This document shows, piece after piece, positions 1 to 9,192 of a DNA stretch of 64,000 bases. The notes beneath the pieces were generated by a model. That model did no database searches and was not told the origin of the DNA. It saw nothing but the letters and a program-made list of their open reading frames with translations. Origin of the DNA: a virus; the IMG/VR virus record IMGVR_UViG_3300032331_000527, positions 1 to 64,000 of that record. One strand, given 5' to 3'. Position 1 is the stretch's first letter; each line of letters begins with the position of its first letter. The position numbers and the translations under genes were made by a program.

Positions 1-145
1 CACCGTCCACAGAACCTGATAATGCCACTTTAATCATAGGCACAGTAGTTGGGATCATGTCCTTCTTAGTGAAGATCTTACTGTTATCTAACGTAGCCGT
101 AAACTCGATCGTACTATTCTTAATCAACTTATCTTTTAGTGACAT
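1..145 (-). CDS. uvsX: RecA-like recombinase UvsX, 5' part (runs off window start)
   Basis: Manual translation MSLKDKLIKNSTIEFTATLDNSKIFTKKDMIPTTVPMIKVALSGSVDG matches the UvsX N-terminus; AGAGGA RBS; lies just downstream of gp43 as in T4-like phages. Confidence 0.85.
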   Translation of the reverse strand, partial: MSLKDKLIKNSTIEFTATLDNSKIFTKKDMIPTTVPMIKVALSGSVDG

Positions 146-190
146 ATCATATCCTCTTCTCAAAAAGAACCAATCTTTCAACATGATTAT

Positions 191-219
191 AGTATACTCC
201 AAACGTGAGTGATTGTCAA
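191..219 (-). promoter_or_regulatory. sigma70-type early promoter for uvsX
   Basis: TTGACA-N17-TATACT on minus strand. Confidence 0.8.
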
Positions 220-1034
220 GACTTCTTTTCTATTACAATGTCATCCCATAAGTCACCGTTGGTTGTCACAGCATCTATGCTATCGACTTCTAGCTTCATG
301 TCTTTGCTGGCTGCGATAATCATAAGAACAGCAAGGGGATCGATGACTAGCACGAGCATTAGAATCATCGTACGAATAGCCGACTCCAAGTCTTTCTCAT
401 TTCCTTCTCCGTACATCAACTCTGCGACATAACGGATAGGGCCTACTTCTAATCTCATTGCGCGAGTTTGTGCGGCTAACGGAGCTTTCTCATCTAACAG
501 CTTCTCGATTGTAGCCTGAGCAGCCTTAATATCAACTGCTATCATATCACGTTCTTTCTTCTGCTGAGAACGTAATTGCAAAGCTGTCTGAGCGCGATTA
601 TTCTTTTCGATAATAGAGTCGATTGCTTTATCCATCTGTCCGAGCTGCTGTTCAGACTTAGTGATACGCATGCGCTCGCGCACGAGCGAACTATCTATAC
701 GTTCAATCTTAGCAGCTACGTCTCCACTAGGAGCAGTCTGCTCAAGATGCGCTTTCGATAGGAATCCAAAGATACCCATACTCGTGATGATCATGAGAAT
801 AATAAGCGCAGAAGTGAAATATGATTTCATTAGGAACGGAACATACTTCCAGTTCCTGTAGAGCCATGAAGCAAGAACAATCTTACCTATTTCTAATGTT
901 CCACCAAGGATAACGATTGCCCAGAATGCTCCAGCAAAGATAGCTGTCAATCCTGTCACGGAGTACCAAGCAGAAACGACGGAGAGTGCTATCCCCGTCG
1001 TCATTATTAGTATTCTATCGAAACTTAATGTCAT
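216..1034 (-). CDS. Membrane protein, 3 N-terminal TM helices + coiled coil + C-terminal TM
   Basis: Hydrophobic segments flank a long heptad-rich region. Confidence 0.75.
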   Translation of the reverse strand: MTLSFDRILIMTTGIALSVVSAWYSVTGLTAIFAGAFWAIVILGGTLEIGKIVLASWLYRNWKYVPFLMKSYFTSALIILMIITSMGIFGFLSKAHLEQTAPSGDVAAKIERIDSSLVRERMRITKSEQQLGQMDKAIDSIIEKNNRAQTALQLRSQQKKERDMIAVDIKAAQATIEKLLDEKAPLAAQTRAMRLEVGPIRYVAELMYGEGNEKDLESAIRTMILMLVLVIDPLAVLMIIAASKDMKLEVDSIDAVTTNGDLWDDIVIEKKS

Positions 1035-1321
1035 AGACCTCTTGTTGTCGTCAATACTTTTTCAAGCATTTCCTGACACTTATCCTTACGATTAGGCCAA
1101 TGGATATACGCTTTGTCTGACGTCTTGATGAGATTATTCAACAGAGGAACAATGATGCCCTCTAGAACTTTAATCTTATGAGCAAGCTCTTCTTCTTTAT
1201 CAGTGAGAGCTTGACCTTTCGCATCAAGCTCTAGAAGAACATCAGACTTAATTTCATCTTCGTCTACACCTGTGAATCCGAAGTCGAAGTCAGCATATTC
1301 CTGTGGTACTTTGATTGCCAT
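1031..1321 (-). CDS. Hypothetical protein
   Basis: 96 aa ORF abutting gp43 and overlapping the next gene by 4 nt. Confidence 0.75.
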   Translation of the reverse strand: MAIKVPQEYADFDFGFTGVDEDEIKSDVLLELDAKGQALTDKEEELAHKIKVLEGIIVPLLNNLIKTSDKAYIHWPNRKDKCQEMLEKVLTTTRGL

Positions 1322-3820
1322 TTAAAAGAAATCCTCTAGTGTGCTTTGCTTCTCTTCGTGCCAGTTAATCACTTCAAGGATTGCACGGAGCGGCGACATG
1401 AACGCTTTGTCGAACTGTGTATCGTAATCAATATATTCGTCTAGACGAAATTCATTTGGAAGCTGAGAGAAAGCACAAATCACGTTCTCATGAAGTGGAT
1501 TAGGCATTTTAAGATAAGAGAATCGAATCTTATCTCCATCCTGAATCAGTTCATATTTCTTCTGGAGCTTTAGCTTCTTAACACGATTGTTATAAGTGAT
1601 AGCACCACGAACATGAATCGGAATACTCTTAGTCTCGTTTTTATATTTAGTTAGATCTTGAACTGAACGAGGAAACGATACTTCCTCGAACGATAGCTTA
1701 TAGAATTTGGTTTTGAACTCAGAAATGAACGTATGAAGCTCGTTCTCTGGCTTAGTCATAACGATCAGGAGAGCTTCCTTAATAGCTTCACGACACACAG
1801 CAGGAGTCGAAGACTTGACAGCTTCGATTCCCATAATCTTCAGCTTTGGTTTCGCATAGCGAACGCCTTCCGAATCATGAACGTTGAGGATATATCGCTT
1901 CTTCGCAGTCCAGATGCCACGGTCAGCAATAACCTCACGCTTCATATTCATTTTTTGTTGGAAGGCAGACATATTGTCAGCAAGATCCTGATAGATGCGA
2001 TCAATAACTGGTTCCATCTTATCGCGAGCAACTTTATCCAGAAAGTTAATGATCTTCTCTTTAAGACCGTTATCAAGACCCTCTGTCTTAATCCTCTCCG
2101 CAAACACGCTATGTACCAGCTTATCAAAAGAGATATAAAGCGAGTCGGTATCAGACGCGATAACATAATCGTAATCTCCTGTTTTCAATAGATTATTGAG
2201 ATATCTATTCATCTCGTTTTCAGCCCAACGAATGGATAGCTGACCACCAAGAGTAATAGCAGTTGCCTGATCAATGTCAAAGAAACGGAAATGAGGATTA
2301 CCGATAGCGCCGTAAGCTGAGTTCAACTGTACCTTCTTTGCAAGCTGCATGTTCTTATATCGCGAGATATCTTTGACAGCCTGCTTATCTTTGGTTGCTT
2401 CGTAACGCTTTTGTGCCTCGATCATCTTGTCCTTATAGACGACGCGATCGTTATACATACGCTGCATAATCTCAGGGAGAAATCCCTGCTTATCCTTCTT
2501 GAAGAAGCATCCATTAGCTGCAAGACCGTAGCCTTCTGGTACTTCGGGGAATATCCCTTCAAGCAGCTCGTCTACGCTCGTGCGTGCTTTCTTTCCTTGC
2601 AATAGCGTCTCTGGAGAGATATTATATTGCATGATAAGATGAGGATACAGACTATTCAAGTCGAAGGACATAACCCAATCATATCCTCCAGGCTTAGGTT
2701 CTTTAACGAAAGCTCCGATATATGCTTCTTCTTTGCTACCTCCGCCAGTTAACGGAACAGCAACTTTCTTCTTCCACAAATGATTATGAGTAATGACATC
2801 CCACATACGCACTTGAGTAAAGATATCAAGCAGAGTAACCTTCGCATCGTACGCGAGCGCGAGAGCCATATCAATTAGCTTCATCTTGTCGTCTAGCTTC
2901 TCAACAAGCTCAACGTCTCGAATGTTATAGTCGATGAACTTCTTGAAGTCCTTCATGTAGAACTCATGAAGCGTTTCGTATTCGGAGTAATCTAACTTAC
3001 GCTCACCAAGCTCAACAAAACCAATATGATCTAGCTTATAGTTTTCTTGCTGCGTGTAAGTGAACTTCTGATACATCTCAAGATAATCGAGTGTGGCGAT
3101 ACCACCAATATTGTAGACGTGCTCTTCCTTACCAAACTTCGTGCGGACACGACGCTCCTTGAAAATACGCCACGGACTGAAAGATTTACTATGAGATTCA
3201 CCAAGGATAAAGTTCATGCGACGAACAAGATACGGAATATCAAAGAACGTGACGTTCCATCCAGTCACAATGTCTGGATATCCATCACTCCACTCGCTTA
3301 GAAACTTAGTCAACAGTTCCTTCTCGTTGTTGCACTGATAGTAGCGCACGTCCTCGCGCGATGAGTCGTAATCATAATATCCCCACACATGGAAGATACC
3401 ATTCTTCTTCAAAGCGATCGCAGTAATTTCTTGCGCTGCTACATCTGCGCTCGGGAATCCATTCTCGGAACTTACCTCGATATCAATATACGCAACATTG
3501 ATCTGCTCACGATCATAAACGATTTCGTTTTGATATTCCTCGTTCAGATAAGCATAGAGAAAGCGTGACATACCATAGACGGGAAAATTACTCACGTCTT
3601 CGTATCTCTTAACGAACTCTTTGGCGTCACGAATCGATTCGAAAGGCATAGGATCAAGCGGAAGCCCACGAATGTCCGACCACTCAGCGTTAGGACGCTT
3701 GCTTGGAAGGAACATCGTGGGCTTGTATGGAATCTTTTCTTCGAAGGGGCGTCCGCGATCGTAACCGCGGACGAGGATGTTGTTACCGTACTCTAAGGCA
3801 TTCGTGTAAAATTTGCTCAT
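1322..3820 (-). CDS. gp43: Family B DNA polymerase
   Basis: Exo motif DIEV, GWNV..FDIPY, SFDLNSLYPH, KVQLNSAYG, DTDS, KKRY. Confidence 0.98.
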   Translation of the reverse strand: MSKFYTNALEYGNNILVRGYDRGRPFEEKIPYKPTMFLPSKRPNAEWSDIRGLPLDPMPFESIRDAKEFVKRYEDVSNFPVYGMSRFLYAYLNEEYQNEIVYDREQINVAYIDIEVSSENGFPSADVAAQEITAIALKKNGIFHVWGYYDYDSSREDVRYYQCNNEKELLTKFLSEWSDGYPDIVTGWNVTFFDIPYLVRRMNFILGESHSKSFSPWRIFKERRVRTKFGKEEHVYNIGGIATLDYLEMYQKFTYTQQENYKLDHIGFVELGERKLDYSEYETLHEFYMKDFKKFIDYNIRDVELVEKLDDKMKLIDMALALAYDAKVTLLDIFTQVRMWDVITHNHLWKKKVAVPLTGGGSKEEAYIGAFVKEPKPGGYDWVMSFDLNSLYPHLIMQYNISPETLLQGKKARTSVDELLEGIFPEVPEGYGLAANGCFFKKDKQGFLPEIMQRMYNDRVVYKDKMIEAQKRYEATKDKQAVKDISRYKNMQLAKKVQLNSAYGAIGNPHFRFFDIDQATAITLGGQLSIRWAENEMNRYLNNLLKTGDYDYVIASDTDSLYISFDKLVHSVFAERIKTEGLDNGLKEKIINFLDKVARDKMEPVIDRIYQDLADNMSAFQQKMNMKREVIADRGIWTAKKRYILNVHDSEGVRYAKPKLKIMGIEAVKSSTPAVCREAIKEALLIVMTKPENELHTFISEFKTKFYKLSFEEVSFPRSVQDLTKYKNETKSIPIHVRGAITYNNRVKKLKLQKKYELIQDGDKIRFSYLKMPNPLHENVICAFSQLPNEFRLDEYIDYDTQFDKAFMSPLRAILEVINWHEEKQSTLEDFF

Positions 3821-3825
3821 AACAT

Positions 3826-3854
3826 ATAGTACCAGGTTATGATGTAGCTGTCAA
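3826..3854 (-). promoter_or_regulatory. Early promoter for gp43 (probably leaderless mRNA)
   Basis: TTGACA-N17-TACTAT, ATG 5 nt after the -10, no SD. Confidence 0.75.
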
Positions 3855-4184
3855 GATCCCTTTTGGTGGCATCACTAATCCTGAACCAAAATTCTGATTG
3901 TAAGCATTTTCTACTTGTGTATCTGGATCATAGGTAAACAAAACATTGCGTGGGTCTAGAATGATTTCTTTCGTTCTAGCCATAGGAATGAAATCGACAA
4001 GAGCCATCTGAGACTTACCAGAAGGACTTGGCTGAATCAATACGGCAGCTGGTTTAATCACTTTAATCATATTACCAATAGTGCCAACCTTACCAATAAT
4101 CTCGTCACCGTTAAGCAAGCGAAGCATCACGATAGCTGTATTGCGATTCTCATCATTCATATTCATTGCATTCACATTAGTCAT
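3837..4184 (-). CDS. Conserved T4-like hypothetical protein (possible Sm-like beta fold)
   Basis: LRLLNGDEIIGKV start, Y..NFGSGLV.P end; resembles 22397..22789. Confidence 0.7.
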   Translation of the reverse strand: MTNVNAMNMNDENRNTAIVMLRLLNGDEIIGKVGTIGNMIKVIKPAAVLIQPSPSGKSQMALVDFIPMARTKEIILDPRNVLFTYDPDTQVENAYNQNFGSGLVMPPKGILTATS

Positions 4185-4195
4185 TCTTCACTTCC

Positions 4196-4666
4196 TTATT
4201 TTGCAACGCCCTGAATCTTTTCCTGTCCTCTCGACCACGCAGCGATACCAAGAACAGCACCCATTGCTAGATGGAATAGACCAGCGCCTTGCAGCGTGAG
4301 AGGACTCCATTGAACAAGAGGCGTTTTCGTCATGACCTGAGCAACGCTCCACATGACAGGGAAGATAGCCATATCAAGGCAACATATGACCATATAACAC
4401 CAACCCATTGCTGGACGCCATTTCTTGACCATCCAGTCTTCGTTTTGCTTTGCGTTCTCCGCTTCCCATTGCTTCTTCTCTAGTTCAATCTTAGCAAGCT
4501 GCGCTGCTTCAGATAGTTGCTGAACAGCAGGAGCTGGAGCAGCTACACGAGGACTAGAATCCACGAATGCTGTTGGGATTGCGGCAGCTGCACCCTTGGT
4601 TGCAGCTGGTATTTCATCCATCGCAGGCTTTGCGACTGGTTCATCAGTTGAGCCAAATTTAGGCAT
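4196..4666 (-). CDS. Holin (3TM/GTA-holin-like)
   Basis: W..KWRPAMGW.Y motif, hydrophobic helices, GIAAWSRGQEK; next to endolysin. Confidence 0.7.
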   Translation of the reverse strand: MPKFGSTDEPVAKPAMDEIPAATKGAAAAIPTAFVDSSPRVAAPAPAVQQLSEAAQLAKIELEKKQWEAENAKQNEDWMVKKWRPAMGWCYMVICCLDMAIFPVMWSVAQVMTKTPLVQWSPLTLQGAGLFHLAMGAVLGIAAWSRGQEKIQGVAK

Positions 4667-4677
4667 TATCGTTTCCT

Positions 4678-5295
4678 TTATGCTGTGAATATCTCCAAGG
4701 CTGCAGCATAATGAGATTGACGATCTTCAAGACCGATTGTTCCACCATTGATTTTTTTAGTTACAGTAACAACGTCACCTTTATCAGCCCAATTGTTTAG
4801 TTCGCGCGAGTCCCAGAACCATCCAGCACTCCAAGCCGCACCTTCTTCAGTGCTAAGCCATTCAGTTGCTTCTTCCAGAGACATGTTCATGTCATCCGCG
4901 AAAGCTTTATAGTTTGATTTACCAGTCAGCTGGATGAGACCACGACCACAGTAACGATATCCATCCCCCGATGCTTCATCGCCATTACCCATACGACTAG
5001 CATACACGCGATTGGCAATCTTCTGTGGATTTTTCGCATATCCACTAGGATCAACACCGCGGAAATACTTAGGGAAAATAACTTTCAAGCGATCTGCTGA
5101 ATAGTTGAGATTTTCTTTAATAGTTCTAAGACCACCGGATTCGTGTCCTACTTGCGCAAGGAACATTGAGATTCGTTGTGGGGTAGTGATTTCATAAAAC
5201 GTCAATACCTCGTTAAGAGGCTCGACGTATTTCTGAACGATATCTTCGTTGGTATCCTCGAAGAACTCATTCAATTGTTCGAATGTAACAGCCAT
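4678..5295 (-). CDS. Glycoside hydrolase family 19 endolysin
   Basis: FLAQVGHESG, ENLNYS, GDGYRYCGRGLIQLTGKSNY, INGGTIGLEDR. Confidence 0.93.
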   Translation of the reverse strand: MAVTFEQLNEFFEDTNEDIVQKYVEPLNEVLTFYEITTPQRISMFLAQVGHESGGLRTIKENLNYSADRLKVIFPKYFRGVDPSGYAKNPQKIANRVYASRMGNGDEASGDGYRYCGRGLIQLTGKSNYKAFADDMNMSLEEATEWLSTEEGAAWSAGWFWDSRELNNWADKGDVVTVTKKINGGTIGLEDRQSHYAAALEIFTA

Positions 5296-5312
5296 GGCGA
5301 CTCCTTATTGAG

Positions 5313-5477
5313 TTACCTTTTATTTAGCGTATTGAGAGCAACGATAGGAATCTCGCCGCGATACAATCCAATGTCAGCAAGCTCTCTGTCTGATAGCTGG
5401 CTTAGTTCTTCGATAGCTTTATAGTATCGTCTTGTGTCTTCAATCTGCTCTGCGAATAGTTTGAATATGTTTAGCAA
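5313..5477 (-). CDS. DUF1127 (YjiS/CcaF1-like) small protein, 54 aa; absent from ORF track
   Basis: TTG start after GGAGG; MLNIFKLFAEQIEDTRRYYKAIEELSQLSDRELADIGLYRGEIPIVALNTLNKR contains the EL..LSDREL.DIG..R.EI signature. Confidence 0.85.
   Translation of the reverse strand: MLNIFKLFAEQIEDTRRYYKAIEELSQLSDRELADIGLYRGEIPIVALNTLNKR
5321..5327 (-). promoter_or_regulatory. T4-type late promoter variant for the lysis genes
   Basis: CTAAATA about 25 nt upstream of the endolysin ATG. Confidence 0.6.
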
Positions 5478-5495
5478 TGTCTTCCTCCAACGGAT

Positions 5496-5523
5496 AAAAG
5501 CGGGCCAGTTTCCCAGCCCGCTT
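5496..5523 (-). terminator. Rho-independent terminator after hsp20
   Basis: AAGCGGGC-loop-GCCCGCTT followed by TTAT. Confidence 0.7.
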
Positions 5524-5550
5524 CATAACAAATAACTCAATGGGTTTTAA

Positions 5551-6003
5551 TTATTCGATGTTGATCTTCTTAGGCTTCTGACTCTCTGGAATAAAATTCT
5601 CGAGCCAAACCTTAAGAATACCGTTTATCAATTCGGCATTGTTTACGACTACTGTATCAGCCAGAGTGAATGTGCGATTGAACGCACGCTCTGCGATTCC
5701 CTTGTAGAAGTAATATTCGGTAGCCTTATCCATATCACTGGCATCTTTGGTCTTTCCAGCAATGGTAAGCTTACCGCCTTCGAGCGTTAGCTCGATGTCT
5801 GTTTTAGCAAATCCTGCAACAGCCATTTCGATAACATACTTGTTATCATCAACCTTCTTGATGTTGTATGGGGGATACCCAGGAAGGTTCTTTCCGATTC
5901 CATCCAACTGCGAAGATAGCAGCTTGAATGTCTTGTCGAAACCGACAGAGAAAGGATCGAAAGATGCGAATGGAGATGGGATTTGTGCGTAGTCTTTAGT
6001 CAT
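5551..6003 (-). CDS. hsp20: Small heat shock protein Hsp20 (IbpA-like)
   Basis: YPPYNI, IEMAVAGF, YKGIAERAFNRTF.LAD, A.L.NGIL. Confidence 0.95.
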   Translation of the reverse strand: MTKDYAQIPSPFASFDPFSVGFDKTFKLLSSQLDGIGKNLPGYPPYNIKKVDDNKYVIEMAVAGFAKTDIELTLEGGKLTIAGKTKDASDMDKATEYYFYKGIAERAFNRTFTLADTVVVNNAELINGILKVWLENFIPESQKPKKINIE

Positions 6004-6057
6004 AGTATGACCTCCTATTAGGCAAGGTTTAAAATATGTGACCCCGAGGGCATCACG
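6004..6057 (-). promoter_or_regulatory. Putative ROSE-like RNA thermometer in the hsp20 5' UTR
   Basis: Two hairpins; the second, ACCUUGCCU-AAU-AGGAGGU, pairs the SD with an unpaired G. Confidence 0.5.
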
Positions 6058-6060
6058 TTT

Positions 6061-6068
6061 TATTTATA
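6061..6068 (-). promoter_or_regulatory. T4-type late promoter upstream of hsp20
   Basis: TATAAATA. Confidence 0.75.
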
Positions 6069-6085
6069 TGCGACGCATACAAATT

Positions 6086-6493
6086 CTATTCAACGGTCTT
6101 CTTTTTACCGATGTTGTATTTGGCTTCTAGTTTCCAGTCGTTCTTTTCCTTGTGAGCCAATATCTTAATCTGATTCAGCGGAGCAGCTGGTTCTTTAGTC
6201 TTCTCAGCGTCTACGATATCAATGAGATCCCATTCAGCAAGCAAATTGGTAATCGTATTACGACGAGCGATATCCTCTTCCGAAAAGTTAGTAGGCTTTC
6301 CGTCGAGGGCAAATAATTCTTTGAAGTGAACGATATAGTAGCGTCCCTGCTTATGCAGGATATGACACGATTGAAACAGTACCTTATCGCGTCGAGACGC
6401 GACGCCTATACGAGTTAGTGTTTCACGAATTTTTAGGAAATCTTCTGCTGATCGAAGCTTAACTTCAATCATGTTTTCAACCGATGCGTTCAT
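6086..6493 (-). CDS. regA: Translational repressor RegA
   Basis: DFLKIRETLTRIG, QSCHILHKQGRYYIVHFKELF. Confidence 0.96.
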   Translation of the reverse strand: MNASVENMIEVKLRSAEDFLKIRETLTRIGVASRRDKVLFQSCHILHKQGRYYIVHFKELFALDGKPTNFSEEDIARRNTITNLLAEWDLIDIVDAEKTKEPAAPLNQIKILAHKEKNDWKLEAKYNIGKKKTVE

Positions 6494-6882
6494 CCTTTTC
6501 CACCTTTATCGAGAGCAATCTCGATCATGGTAAGCTGATCATCGGTCAAGACACGCAATGTTTGCTCCGCCTTAGCACGACCATAGCAAAAATACTCCAT
6601 GATCATTTCAACGGATGCGTCAATCTTTTCTTTTTCCCATTTTGAATATCGCTGACGCTTCCGCAGACTATTTAGCAAAAACTCATATTGGAGCTTTGAA
6701 TCAAGGCTAGGACGAAGATTCATCTCGTTTGCGTATAGGATTGCGTCTTGATGGTAAGAAAGAGTTCGATTAACCAGATAGGGTTTGTATCCCTTCTCAG
6801 CTAGTTCATCGTTCGCTGTCTTACGCATCAAGTTCTTTTTATTATAGCTCACACTTTCTGCATAGACAAAAGGTTTGCTCAC
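6490..6882 (-). CDS. gp62: Clamp loader small subunit
   Basis: YLVNRTLSY, YANEMN, QYEFLLNSLRKR.R; position next to regA. Confidence 0.92.
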   Translation of the reverse strand: MSKPFVYAESVSYNKKNLMRKTANDELAEKGYKPYLVNRTLSYHQDAILYANEMNLRPSLDSKLQYEFLLNSLRKRQRYSKWEKEKIDASVEMIMEYFCYGRAKAEQTLRVLTDDQLTMIEIALDKGGKG

Positions 6883-7184
6883 ATAATCCTCGATACATTA
6901 CTAAAAATTAATCTGACAGCTGTGTCGATCTCCTCTAGAGGAACATTTAGCCATTCACGATTCTTTCTTAGTCTGCTTTCTTTGAAATGTTTATGAACGA
7001 TGTGATCACATTTTATATGATTAACATCGTTCAATGACCAAATGGCGTGTGTATGGATTTCATCGTAGTGAGTATCCAGTTCTTCGCGGCGGGCTTCTAC
7101 GCCAGACAACAATTCAGATTCACCTACTTTGTATATATTACGCTCTGCGTCTTTCGATGAAGCCATAGCATAAATGTACATCAT
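6879..7184 (-). CDS. Putative GIY-YIG/T5orf172-like domain protein
   Basis: YIY...IYKVGES...H..F...R....EW pattern. Confidence 0.5.
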   Translation of the reverse strand: MMYIYAMASSKDAERNIYKVGESELLSGVEARREELDTHYDEIHTHAIWSLNDVNHIKCDHIVHKHFKESRLRKNREWLNVPLEEIDTAVRLIFSNVSRIM

Positions 7185-8140
7185 ACCTCAGTCTCACCTT
7201 GTTTCCATGGCAGAAATTCGTACGAGAACGCGATCCCATACTTCTTAGAAAACGAAGCGATATATGCTTCGGCCTGAGCCTGAAACGAAGTATCTTCGAA
7301 GTCTTTGAAATGGAACACGATATGAATCTCAGCGTGATTCATAGAAAGACCCATTGCCTTTCCAAGAGTTTCAGGAATCCACTTGCAACGATCCACAACA
7401 GCCCAACATACTCCTACGCTACGATTTTCTTTATTGAATCGTATCGTACGGACTCGCTTGAAATATTCACCATCGCCTGTGGTATATTGATGAACGTTAT
7501 GAAGAACGTTCTTCAGCTCGCGTTGTGCCTCAGATTTGGCTTTGCTGACATTAGACGAAACATCTAATGCTGTCATCTGAAACTTACGTCGAAGCATAGC
7601 TCGATATGATTTGTCATCAATATCAACACCAGCGTCTTTGTGGCGCTTAACCATAGCTCGAAGATCGCGAGGCATCATCCCCTTCTTGATGACAGTAGAA
7701 ACATTCATTTCTGCGCCCATCGCATCCAGAAGAAGCTTCTTACCAAGAACATCATTCGGAATAAGATCTTCGGGGATTATAAGAACGTTTGTGCCTTCAA
7801 TGCTAATATAACCTTTCTGATCCGCACGCAGGAGCGCCGCGTTGGTGTTGTTGCCATCAGCAACAATCAGAACAGTTTCGCCGTCAATGGTTTCTTCATA
7901 ACACAAAATCGGATTAGCATTATCCGCATGACCAGAAGCCTCAATCCTATACACGATATTGCTTACATGTTCTTCATCCAGATGGACTTCTCGAACTTGA
8001 TTTCGATATTTGCCTTCATACCACATGAGCATCTGATCTTTATCAGCCCACGCTCGCTTCAGCTTTTGATCTTTATTCTTGACCATATCGCAGATGATGG
8101 TCGCAAGAGCGTCGATTTCTTCGTATTCGGTGTAAGCCAT
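7181..8140 (-). CDS. Hypothetical protein, possible ParB/Srx-like N-terminal domain
   Basis: PIL...LIVADGNNT resembles the ParB DG.HR motif; start moved to ATG 8140 (AAAGGA RBS). Confidence 0.6.
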   Translation of the reverse strand: MAYTEYEEIDALATIICDMVKNKDQKLKRAWADKDQMLMWYEGKYRNQVREVHLDEEHVSNIVYRIEASGHADNANPILCYEETIDGETVLIVADGNNTNAALLRADQKGYISIEGTNVLIIPEDLIPNDVLGKKLLLDAMGAEMNVSTVIKKGMMPRDLRAMVKRHKDAGVDIDDKSYRAMLRRKFQMTALDVSSNVSKAKSEAQRELKNVLHNVHQYTTGDGEYFKRVRTIRFNKENRSVGVCWAVVDRCKWIPETLGKAMGLSMNHAEIHIVFHFKDFEDTSFQAQAEAYIASFSKKYGIAFSYEFLPWKQGETEV

Positions 8141-8172
8141 AACAAAGTTCCTTTCACATTCACCATAATATA

Positions 8173-8201
8173 ATTGTACCACGGGTACGCACAGATGTCA
8201 A
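8173..8201 (-). promoter_or_regulatory. Early promoter for the inserted gene pair
   Basis: TTGACA-N17-TACAAT. Confidence 0.8.
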
Positions 8202-8204
8202 GGT

Positions 8205-9143
8205 CTATTTGAATTCGCAGTCTATCATCACCTGCGTCATGCAGGCAGCCATATTGATTTCCTGATCCACGACGAACGCTGCCTTGTACTGGTAGTCAGC
8301 GAGCGCGAGCACGAGAGGCGGAATAGACTCGGGCTTCATAATCTCCGACGCAGCGTCGTATAGCTTACGAAAGAGAACGTTGACGTCCATGCTCGCGTTT
8401 TGGGCTACCCACTTCCTCATATTCTCGAATTCGCGAGCTTTCAGATACTTTAGGAGCTCCTTGATCTCCACGTTGTCAACTTGGGCTAGAATACCAGCAT
8501 CAATCGAACCTCGAGCTGAGTATCGCTGCAACTCGTTGAGAACGCGACGCCAGTCGGGGAAGTGCTTCGTGATAATTTGGGCTAGAACTTTCTTGTCGAA
8601 TGTCACGCCTTCTGTGTCTAGGATAGTACCGACTCGCTTCATAAACTGCGAAGCCAAATCTGCCTTCTCCTTGTTGCCAATCTTGAACTCAACGACGGAG
8701 CAACGTGAGTGGAGCGGATCGATGAGACGATTGACGAAATTACACGTCAGGATAAAGCCACAGTTCGATGAGAACTCTTCCATGAAATTACGAAGCGAAG
8801 GTTGGACGTGATGAGCGTCAAGATAATCAGCTTCGTCTAGGATAACATACTTGCGTCCGCCAGTCATCGAGACTGTACTGGCATAATGTGCGATATCAGT
8901 TCGCAGAGAGTCTTTGTTGACATTCAAAGAACCGTTGAACACGATATAGTCTGCATCAATCTCTTCGAGCATCGCTCGCGCGACTGTAGTTTTTCCCGCG
9001 CCAGCTGTGCCAGTGAGAAGGAGATTGGGAATGCTGCCGTCGTTCACGAATTGCTGGAACGTAGTCTTTAGATCTACAGGAAGAATGCAATCCGCAATCT
9101 TGCGAGGACGATACTTTTCAACCCAGAGGAATTCTTTGCGCAT
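8205..9143 (-). CDS. gp44: Clamp loader large subunit (AAA+)
   Basis: LWVEKYRP, GTAGAGKTT, ILDEAD, SRC. Confidence 0.96.
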   Translation of the reverse strand: MRKEFLWVEKYRPRKIADCILPVDLKTTFQQFVNDGSIPNLLLTGTAGAGKTTVARAMLEEIDADYIVFNGSLNVNKDSLRTDIAHYASTVSMTGGRKYVILDEADYLDAHHVQPSLRNFMEEFSSNCGFILTCNFVNRLIDPLHSRCSVVEFKIGNKEKADLASQFMKRVGTILDTEGVTFDKKVLAQIITKHFPDWRRVLNELQRYSARGSIDAGILAQVDNVEIKELLKYLKAREFENMRKWVAQNASMDVNVLFRKLYDAASEIMKPESIPPLVLALADYQYKAAFVVDQEINMAACMTQVMIDCEFK

Positions 9144-9159
9144 ATTGGCTCCATACTAT

Positions 9160-9188
9160 AAAGAAGGAAGGGGAGCCGAAGCTCCCCC
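9160..9188 (-). terminator. Terminator/hairpin with UUCG loop after gp45
   Basis: GGGGAGC-TTCG-GCTCCCC followed by a pyrimidine tract. Confidence 0.7.
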
Positions 9189-9192
9189 ATTA

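Noticed and set aside
1322-3820. Introns or inteins in gp43 (also checked gp17, gp23, gp20, uvsW)
   Set aside because: The ORFs are continuous, of about normal length, and lack intein motifs
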